The notes beneath the pieces are model-generated. The model saw only the letters and a list, made by a program, of their open reading frames with translations. It was not told where the DNA came from and searched no databases. 55,009 nt of DNA from an uncultured Myxococcales bacterium (lineage in GTDB: Bacteria; Myxococcota_A; Bradymonadia; UBA4248), in NCBI GenBank assembly GCA_945875805.1, contig CAMCLY010000003.1, positions 1 to 55,009 on the forward strand, in the 5' to 3' direction. This document shows, one piece after another, positions 47,481-55,009 of the stretch. The stretch's first letter is position 1. The number at the start of each line of letters is the position of its first letter. The position numbers and the translations under genes were made by a program.

Positions 47481-49523
47481 GTGTTTACTATAATATTTCT
47501 CGACAGCCATGCCGCGACGAGGATGGCGCCTTATTCGTTTTTGTTCCGTCCGTTTGAGCTTCAGGGGCGGCTGGCCATGTGCCACTGGGACGAGGAGGGG
47601 ACGACGCTCGAATCGGCGGTGGGGCAGCTGGCAGGGCTTCTTGAGGGCAAGACGGAATGGCGCGCGTTGGTGGTGCACAGCGACGCGCTGGACGACACGT
47701 CTCCCCGACCTGCGGCTTCACGTCTCAATCCGTTTGACTATTCGGAGTCGGACACCGAGACCGGCCCGCATGAAAGTCCCGTCCCCCTGATTCGTCTGAC
47801 GCATATATTGTGCGGTTTTCCGCCGTCGCCGCGGATGGAATTTGAGGAGGGGTATGCGTATTACGACGAGGCGCTTGGGCGCGAGGTGCGCGTGGCTCGC
47901 AGCGAAATGGCGGCCCAGACGGGCGAAGACGGGGAGGATGTCGTCAGGCAGTTTGCTTTGCGTCACGACGTGCCGACGGAAATGTTCAAACCCGTGTTTG
48001 TCGAAAAACCGCCCAGCCCGGAAGAACGGGAAGCGCTTGCGCGGCTTTGCGCCCAATATCCGTCTGTGGTGGTGCGGCCGTCGGAGGTTCTTCTGCTGGG
48101 CTGGCAACGGGCGGCGGAGGATGAGGAAAAGCGGCGCATGGGGAACTCATGGAACACCAGGCGCAGCGAGGGGGCGTCGTTTTGCGAGCAGAACCAGTAT
48201 CCGGAGACATGCCGTTTTCTGGTGAGCGTGATGCACACGCAGGATGCGGGACAGTTTGAACGCGACATGATGTCGTTCTGGAATGCGACGCTGACGCTTG
48301 CGCTCAACCGCGTGCCGTCGGCATACCTTCAGGCATACCGGCTTTATCGCGTTGGGGTGGAGTTTGACCGGGCCGTGCTGGACGACATGCTCAGCGCCCA
48401 TCTGCAGCAACTCTCCAAAGCGCGAATGATGGTGCAGGGCGAGCTGGACAAAGAACCGGTGGCGACCTTTGCCAAGACCGAAACGCTCGTGCCGACGCAA
48501 CACGTGCCCGTCGTCATCGAACAGGACGACGAGCGGAGCCTTTTTGAGGACGTGGAGCGTTCGCCTCACGACGAACCCACGGAAGACGAACAGGCCCGTC
48601 AAATCGAAGAAAAAAAGAAAAAAACGAACGAAAACACGCGGGATCCGCGACGCGCCATCGATCGGGCGGCCCAGTTTCTGCGCCTGAAATCACGTCGTTT
48701 TCTCGATCAGGGGTGTGAGCTGGACGAAGTTCAGACCGAACATCTCGCCGCATTTATCCGGGATCTCGAGGCCCGGACTTTGTCCATGCGGCCCAAAAAC
48801 CGATATGATGCCGAACGATTTAAACAGGTGGCCCAGTCGGTCGACACCGATGTGGCGCGCAACGCCAGTCATTCGATGTCCAGCCATGCACGCCATACGG
48901 CGTTTGTCATCGCGAGTCTCATCGTTCTCTTTGGATTTGCGCCCTATCTTTGGTACGCGTTCAAACGACACGACGCCATGCCGGTCGCGGCGTGTGTCCT
49001 GACGATAGGGCTCGTGGCAGCAACCCTGCTGGGGGGATACGCGGCGCTCAGGATAAGCCAAAAAAAAGAACTCGACATCATTGATCAGTGCATGAATCCA
49101 ATCAAAGAATGCGAAGAAGCCGTGCTGACGACACGCAACGAATACGACACCTATTTCACCAATATATGTACTTTGATGAAAGCCTACTCCATGCAGACCA
49201 ATGCCCATCAAAGCGAGGATGAAATGACGCGCACGAGACGTGTGCTTAAACAGCATCTTTCCGCCATGGATCATGCCATAGAGCGAGATCTCAAGTGGTT
49301 TAGTGCATTTGAGATACCGCGTCTTGACGCCGAAAACGAATCGTCCCACCTCGCGTTTGACATGCAGACCGTCCCGTCTGACAATCCGATATATTATTTA
49401 TCCCCCTGTCAGGAAGGCGATATCATTCCCCTCAATCACAGTGGCGACTGTGTCGGTGCCCCTTACGGTTTTGTACATCGCCTGACGATTGAACACGACG
49501 AACTTCTGGAACCGACGATTTAA
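47481..49523 (+). CDS. Uncharacterised 2-TM helical/coiled-coil protein of the tubulin-like cluster
   Basis: GAGGT RBS before GTG 47481; long open frame; two TM helices (AFVIASLIVLFGFAPYLWY; VAACVLTIGLVAATLLGGY). Confidence 0.82.
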   Translation: MFTIIFLDSHAATRMAPYSFLFRPFELQGRLAMCHWDEEGTTLESAVGQLAGLLEGKTEWRALVVHSDALDDTSPRPAASRLNPFDYSESDTETGPHESPVPLIRLTHILCGFPPSPRMEFEEGYAYYDEALGREVRVARSEMAAQTGEDGEDVVRQFALRHDVPTEMFKPVFVEKPPSPEEREALARLCAQYPSVVVRPSEVLLLGWQRAAEDEEKRRMGNSWNTRRSEGASFCEQNQYPETCRFLVSVMHTQDAGQFERDMMSFWNATLTLALNRVPSAYLQAYRLYRVGVEFDRAVLDDMLSAHLQQLSKARMMVQGELDKEPVATFAKTETLVPTQHVPVVIEQDDERSLFEDVERSPHDEPTEDEQARQIEEKKKKTNENTRDPRRAIDRAAQFLRLKSRRFLDQGCELDEVQTEHLAAFIRDLEARTLSMRPKNRYDAERFKQVAQSVDTDVARNASHSMSSHARHTAFVIASLIVLFGFAPYLWYAFKRHDAMPVAACVLTIGLVAATLLGGYAALRISQKKELDIIDQCMNPIKECEEAVLTTRNEYDTYFTNICTLMKAYSMQTNAHQSEDEMTRTRRVLKQHLSAMDHAIERDLKWFSAFEIPRLDAENESSHLAFDMQTVPSDNPIYYLSPCQEGDIIPLNHSGDCVGAPYGFVHRLTIEHDELLEPTI

Positions 49524-49543
49524 CTTCTCCCTGTGTAATTGAT

Positions 49544-52500
49544 ATGGACAATACTTTTTTATACGCCATTCTATTTAGCCTGTTCTATCTCATTCCCTGC
49601 CTTCTCTGCGCAAAATTCAATCTAAAAAAGCCCATTCGTGCCCGGCAAATTCTCATGCCGGTGATTGCGGTTTTATATTGTTTAATCGCCATGATTGGCC
49701 TGCAGTCGTTATCCGACGCGCTTTCGACATCTATTCAGGGCAACGAAACGTGGTTTGAATGTCTGGCTCACCAGGATCTTTCCATCCTGAGCATACACGT
49801 CATTTTTATCCTCAATGCCGTCCTGGCCTTTGTATTTTTGGCCCTCAAACTCGCCCTTCTTCCCATCTTAAAACGCATATTCAGCTCAGATTCCATGTTG
49901 GATGAAACGGCCGGTCTTGTGGCTTATGAACAGAAATATGGCATCCTTGAAGAATCGGACGAAACCAACGAAATGGACGAAGCCGACGGAGCTTCCGGAA
50001 AATGGTGGATTCTCAAGCCCGACGCAAGACAATTTAAGCGCCTGTTTTTGGGATTCTATATTGCGTTTTTTATCGTCATCGCCATTCTCTATTTTGTATC
50101 TTATTTTCATTCAGAATGGACAGTCTTTCATGTACCTTTCTATCCTGTATTTGGCATCCTCATTTTCGGAGAGGTGTTTTTCGCCCTCAATGGCATTGAA
50201 AAAATCAAAGAAGTCGAGGCGAGTACAGAGCCCAAACGCACACTTGCGCCAAATTTTGCCGCTCTCAGGGAAGAACTGCTCGGTACGTTTGGAGAACATA
50301 TTTTACAGGATAAAATCATCGAACCCGGACAAATTGCGACCATAAAAGACGAAGACATCGCCGATCTCATTTCGGGCGAGGATTCGCCCGAAACCATTGT
50401 ACGCGCGCATTTTCTTGCACTCCTTCACGAAAGGCATGCTCTCAATCTCAACAACATTCAATCCTGTTTGTGGCTGATGAAAGGAAAAAGCGTTCTCTTT
50501 TATCAGCCATTCTATCGAGATCTGACAGATTACCTCATGTTGCCGATCGTCAAGCAGTTCATGCGATACCAAAAATGCCTCGTCATCGTGTCTCGCACAT
50601 CGGCCGCTCAGGACGTCTGCCAGTGGCTCCAAGACGCCCTGACCGCTTTTTCGGGCACGTCGAGTTTATGGAAAGCCGGCATTCTGTCCACAGACGCCGA
50701 CGATCTCGATGCCGGGATTCTCCGTTTCAGCGACATCTACAATCGCGACATTCTCCACGCGCATCGCGAGTTTTTCCAGCACGTCGGCTTCGTCCTCCTC
50801 ATCGAACCTTCACACATTCTCACGACCGGACAGATGGGACTCCGTCTCCTCCTCGCCCAATGCGGCACACGGAATGCCCATATGGACGCCGAAAACGCCA
50901 TGGTCTTTTGTGCCTGCGATCGCAACTGTGACGGACTCGTCGATGCGCTTTCACACACCTTAAAGACAAACCTCACCCTCGTCACCGCCACCTCGCAGAG
51001 TTCGGCCAACCGAACATACCTCTATTGGGACACCGACGGAGAGGACGCACACCACGTCCTCATGCCCGATGTTTCGCATTACCTGGGCATAGGTACCGAG
51101 ATTAATCTCCTGGCCCTCAAACACGATATTCGCCCCGCCTGCTGGATCAGCGGTGAACAGTTTGCCACCGTCGATATGAAATGGATCGACGGCCAGTACT
51201 ATCCGCAAATGTGTTCTGTCGCAAACATCCCCACAAATCAGGCGATTTTTAACGAACTCTTTGAAGTTCAGCCCAACCTCTGGAATATATCTATTCACGA
51301 AAAAGCCTGTTATACGGTCGAAGATGAATTTAAAAATTTGTATGAAATGACGCGTTTGTATTCGACTCGTACGACAGATGAAGGATGTTTTAATGTACTC
51401 AGCGAACACTATTTGTTGCGCGATTACATGATCGAACACATACAGACGCTGGCCACAGATCCCAAAGCCATCCCCACCATTGTCCCCGATTTTGCCCGGA
51501 CCGAACGCAATATCGTGTTAAAAATCATCATGAAAATGCGCATGGAATCCGTCCGGGAACACGAAATCGAAAAAGAACTCACCCTGGCCGGACTCCTCAA
51601 GCCAGGCGAATCCACCCCTGCGCGCCTCAACACCCTTTTTGAAAAATATTGCGGCGTCACCACGCCTTCTCTCAAACCCGAGTGGAAAAACGAACGCCAA
51701 AAAGACGCCATGACCACCGTCCCCGTGCGATACTGTACCATCGCGCAAGATACCGATCTCGACGTCTATGCACAAAAATTGCGCCCCGCTTACTTCATCG
51801 CCGAAGACGAATTCGGAAACAAATACTTCGTCGGATCCATCCTCTACGGACACGTCTTCCAAGCCTACCTCCCAGGACAGTTTATATCTTTTGAGGGGAA
51901 ATACTATCAGGTGCGGACGATCACACCCGAAAATGGCATCGTCCTGCGAAGAGCTGCCGACCATCTCGCCGGGCGCACCTACTATCGACAAATCCAGCAC
52001 ATCGCCCTCAAACACTGGATCCCAGACGACGGACTCGCAAACCACCGAACCCTCACCCAATGGAACCACGGTTCCGCACAAACCCTCGAAATCACACACG
52101 GTTTTGCCGACCTCACCATCCATACCCACGGATATGTCGAATCCAGTCGTCCATGCGATCTCAAACACGCGCGTTTCTATCAACTCAACGCCATTCCAGA
52201 CCGACAGTACACCCACAAAAGCGTATTGAAACTCACCCTCCCAAACTCCACCCCCGCCATCCGATATACCTTGTGCCTCCTGTTAAACGAAATCTTCAAA
52301 ACCCTCTACCCCAAAGCCTACCCCTATATTTGCGCCACCACGACCATCCAGAGCGACACCCTCGGCTTCATGCAGCACGCCATGCCCTCCTTTGAAGACG
52401 ACACGCCCTCGCCGCAAAACCTGCCCCCCACCCCACAAACACAGGACGATACCATCCCACAATCCCCCCTCATTTCGGACGACACACCCTTCGTGTACTT

Positions 52501-53014
52501 CATCGAAGACAGCGACCTCGACCTGGGACTCCTCGTCTCCATCGACCGAAACCTCCAACGCCTGCTCGAACTCGTCGCCGAAGTCCTCGCCTTCCACCTC
52601 GAAAAAATCTCAACCCCCATCCCCCCAGAACCCCTCGACGAGGAAGACGACACCGACGCCCTGCCACCCCCCGATCAAATGGATACGCAAAACAAACCGG
52701 GATGGTGGACTCGCCTCATACTCGCCATCAAATCCTTATTCCAATCCCAAAAACATGACGACGAAAACGCGCCCGACAACGACGCACAAGGCCTCCAACA
52801 AAAAAGAGAACTGGAAAAATCCGCCCGTCGTGATGCACAACGCCTCCAAAGACTCCGCGCCATACGATACCATTCAAAGGCATTTCTCTTTTATGGCGAC
52901 AATGACGTCCCGCCAGTCCTCGCCATCCAGGAAACCCTCGACTTCCTCGCCCAGTTCGATTTTGACAAAAATCCTTTACAGCGCGTCCGAAAACACCGCG
53001 ACGACGTCACTTGA
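49544..53014 (+). CDS. Multi-TM protein with degenerate SF2 helicase-like and DUF1998-like regions, 1156 aa
   Basis: About 5 N-terminal TM helices; GKSVLF, CLVIVSR, LLIEPSHI at the positions of motifs I, Ia and II; FQAYLPGQFISFEGKYYQV and VYFIEDSDLDLGLL resemble MrfA/Hrq1 C-terminal motifs. The CDS itself is certain; the fold call is inference. Confidence 0.7.
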   Translation: MDNTFLYAILFSLFYLIPCLLCAKFNLKKPIRARQILMPVIAVLYCLIAMIGLQSLSDALSTSIQGNETWFECLAHQDLSILSIHVIFILNAVLAFVFLALKLALLPILKRIFSSDSMLDETAGLVAYEQKYGILEESDETNEMDEADGASGKWWILKPDARQFKRLFLGFYIAFFIVIAILYFVSYFHSEWTVFHVPFYPVFGILIFGEVFFALNGIEKIKEVEASTEPKRTLAPNFAALREELLGTFGEHILQDKIIEPGQIATIKDEDIADLISGEDSPETIVRAHFLALLHERHALNLNNIQSCLWLMKGKSVLFYQPFYRDLTDYLMLPIVKQFMRYQKCLVIVSRTSAAQDVCQWLQDALTAFSGTSSLWKAGILSTDADDLDAGILRFSDIYNRDILHAHREFFQHVGFVLLIEPSHILTTGQMGLRLLLAQCGTRNAHMDAENAMVFCACDRNCDGLVDALSHTLKTNLTLVTATSQSSANRTYLYWDTDGEDAHHVLMPDVSHYLGIGTEINLLALKHDIRPACWISGEQFATVDMKWIDGQYYPQMCSVANIPTNQAIFNELFEVQPNLWNISIHEKACYTVEDEFKNLYEMTRLYSTRTTDEGCFNVLSEHYLLRDYMIEHIQTLATDPKAIPTIVPDFARTERNIVLKIIMKMRMESVREHEIEKELTLAGLLKPGESTPARLNTLFEKYCGVTTPSLKPEWKNERQKDAMTTVPVRYCTIAQDTDLDVYAQKLRPAYFIAEDEFGNKYFVGSILYGHVFQAYLPGQFISFEGKYYQVRTITPENGIVLRRAADHLAGRTYYRQIQHIALKHWIPDDGLANHRTLTQWNHGSAQTLEITHGFADLTIHTHGYVESSRPCDLKHARFYQLNAIPDRQYTHKSVLKLTLPNSTPAIRYTLCLLLNEIFKTLYPKAYPYICATTTIQSDTLGFMQHAMPSFEDDTPSPQNLPPTPQTQDDTIPQSPLISDDTPFVYFIEDSDLDLGLLVSIDRNLQRLLELVAEVLAFHLEKISTPIPPEPLDEEDDTDALPPPDQMDTQNKPGWWTRLILAIKSLFQSQKHDDENAPDNDAQGLQQKRELEKSARRDAQRLQRLRAIRYHSKAFLFYGDNDVPPVLAIQETLDFLAQFDFDKNPLQRVRKHRDDVT

Positions 53015-54926
53015 CAAACCCCGTGCGCAAAAAACGTTTCTCAAGTTCCGCACGCGTGATCACAAAATGAACCGGTCGCCCGTGCGGACAGTTGGAACGG
53101 AACCCCGTTTCGTCCATCAGACGAAATAATTCCGCCACCTCCGACGGCGACAACTTTTGACCCGCTCGAATCGACTTGTGACACGCCATCGTCGCCAAAA
53201 TGTTGTCACGGATATCCTCAAATTGCGTGGCACGACCACTCTCACCAAGGTCCAGCAACGCATCGCGCACAATGGCCTGATAATCATAATTCACCAGACT
53301 CTCCGGCACCGCACGAATCGCATGGGTGTGATTGCCAAGATCGTCAATCTGAAAGCCGATCTTCTCAAAAAAATCCTGATACTCCACCAGCAAATCACTC
53401 AGCCGACCGTCCAGAGACAACAAAAGCGGAAACAAAAGCCCCTGTGAAGAGACAGGCAACACATCGTCTGCCACTTTTTTGAGCCGTTCATAATTGATGC
53501 GTTCATGCGCCGCATGCTGATCGATGAGCACGAGGTTATCCCCATCCGCACAAATGAGATACGTCAGCGCATATTGTCCAATGTAGGTCAGGTTAGAAAA
53601 ATATCCCCGGGAACCAGACGCCTCGGACGCATCCCGCACCACCGACGGCCCCAGCGCAAGCGGCACCTGCGTCCCCACAGACGTCAAGACTTCCGGACGC
53701 GACGGCGCCTCAGGCGGTGCAACCAGCTCGTCAAAAAATGACAACGCCTCACTGACCTTGCGCTCGGTCTCCCTCGACACGACGCATTCCCCCACCTCAG
53801 ACGACGCACGCCGCCCCTGATAGGCAAATGAATCCGACAGACCATAGTCGCGACTCAGATTGTCTTCGGGCGGACGAAATGCCGATTCCGGCAACGACGC
53901 CGATTCCTCCCCACGCTCACTGCGTATCCACGGCGTCTTTTCAAGCGACTGGCGCAACGCACGATATACCGCCCTAAACACCACATCCGGAGACTGAAAC
54001 CGTATCTCGTGTTTGGTCGGATGAACATTGACATCGACAAGATCAAGCGGAATCGTCAAAAACAACACCACACATGGCTGCCTGCCATGCAAAAATTCCT
54101 TGTACGCCTGACTGATGGCCCCGTTGATCGTCTTGTCCCGCACAATGCGACGATTCACAAACGTATAAATACGACCGGCACTCGATTGCACAAAATCAGG
54201 CGCACAATACAGCCCGTCCACCGTCACATCCCCCAATATCGTATACGTGATCGGATAGAGATGCTCGTAAAGCGTACGACCAAAAACCGCAAGCGCCCTG
54301 TCGCCAAGCGTCCGATGCTTCGGAAACTCGCATTTGACCCGACCATCAAACGTCAGTTTCCACCGCACCTCATGACAAGCCAGCGCAAACGACTCCACAA
54401 CCTCATACACTCGCCGCATTTCCGTCGCCGCCGTCTTCAAAAATTTCAAACGCGCCGGCGTATTAAAAAACAAATCCTCCAACACGATCTGCGTCCCCGC
54501 TGGAGCCGCAGTTTCGCGAAATTCCGTCACCTCCGAACCCTCCACATGGAGGTAAGTCCCCAACGCATCACCACGCCGCTGCGTCGTCAACGACAATCGA
54601 GACACCGCCGCCATCGACGCCAATGCCTCCCCGCGAAAACCCATCGTCGATATCGACGCCAAATCCTCCGAACGATGTATCTTCGACGTCGCATGACGCA
54701 AAATACTCACCTTCGCATCCTCCGGACTCATCCCACATCCGTTGTCGCACACACAAAGCCGCTTCCGCCCTGCCTCCTCAAGCTCAATCTCGATTTCATC
54801 CGCCCCCGCATCCAGGGCATTTTCTACCAGTTCCTTGACGGCACTCGAGGCTCGCTCCAACACCTCGCCCGCCGCCAGTTGATCGCACAATGCCTTGGGT
54901 AAAACATGGATGACTTGTTCTGACAT
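53007..54926 (-). CDS. mutL: DNA mismatch repair protein MutL
   Basis: LAAGEVLER...VKELVENALDAGA, DNGCGM, RHATSKI, GFRGEALAS, VDVNVHPTKHE, endonuclease motif DQHAAHERINYE, ACHKS, CPHGRP. Confidence 0.96.
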   Translation of the reverse strand: MSEQVIHVLPKALCDQLAAGEVLERASSAVKELVENALDAGADEIEIELEEAGRKRLCVCDNGCGMSPEDAKVSILRHATSKIHRSEDLASISTMGFRGEALASMAAVSRLSLTTQRRGDALGTYLHVEGSEVTEFRETAAPAGTQIVLEDLFFNTPARLKFLKTAATEMRRVYEVVESFALACHEVRWKLTFDGRVKCEFPKHRTLGDRALAVFGRTLYEHLYPITYTILGDVTVDGLYCAPDFVQSSAGRIYTFVNRRIVRDKTINGAISQAYKEFLHGRQPCVVLFLTIPLDLVDVNVHPTKHEIRFQSPDVVFRAVYRALRQSLEKTPWIRSERGEESASLPESAFRPPEDNLSRDYGLSDSFAYQGRRASSEVGECVVSRETERKVSEALSFFDELVAPPEAPSRPEVLTSVGTQVPLALGPSVVRDASEASGSRGYFSNLTYIGQYALTYLICADGDNLVLIDQHAAHERINYERLKKVADDVLPVSSQGLLFPLLLSLDGRLSDLLVEYQDFFEKIGFQIDDLGNHTHAIRAVPESLVNYDYQAIVRDALLDLGESGRATQFEDIRDNILATMACHKSIRAGQKLSPSEVAELFRLMDETGFRSNCPHGRPVHFVITRAELEKRFLRTGFVK

Positions 54927-54954
54927 GGCGTCCTCCTCTTCAACTCCAGGATCG

Positions 54955-55009
54955 CTTTTTTGGGGAGGGGGAAGCCTCCCCCCAACGCCGCTATTTGCCT
55001 GCGGCAAAT
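54955..55009 (+). repeat. Intergenic element family B copy, truncated by window end
   Basis: TTTTTTGGGGAGGGGGAAGCCTCCCCCC, then CG-CTATTTGCC-TGC-GGCAAAT. Confidence 0.7.

Noticed and set aside
41108-53014. Intact mobile element or prophage carrying the tubulin-like cluster
   Set aside because: No integrase, transposase, att-like direct repeats or phage genes, and host-type intergenic elements lie inside the cluster, implying long residence.

Overview
About 55 kb of a GC-rich (roughly 60% by eye) bacterial chromosome. MYXO-CTERM sorting, many Cys-rich lipoproteins, a giant TPR protein and a Ser/Thr kinase suggest a Myxococcota/Bradymonadia-like deltaproteobacterium, and a Clostridia-type reverse rubrerythrin hints at an anaerobic, possibly gut, niche (inference). 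Recognisable housekeeping genes are uvrA, rluD, an ABC1/UbiB kinase, metH, miaA and mutL. The best candidate for an undescribed system is a four-gene cluster at 41.1-53.0 kb: a membrane-anchored vWA protein, a 1236-aa Tubulin_2/FtsZ-like GTPase, a 2-TM helical protein, and a membrane-anchored, apparently inactive MrfA/Hrq1/DUF1998-like helicase. Also notable: a DUF4157 (eCIS-effector-like) protein with a peptidoglycan-binding domain and VgrG3-like muramidase, followed by a candidate immunity lipoprotein; two families of structure-conserved intergenic hairpins, including about 16 copies of a bulged CGTAT/ATAG hairpin; kb-scale GC-skew reversals; an orphan lasso-type B2 protease; and an RRE/PqqD-like methyltransferase. 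No rRNA, tRNA, CRISPR array, integrase or transposase was recognised. All family assignments are from motif recognition by eye, not database searches.
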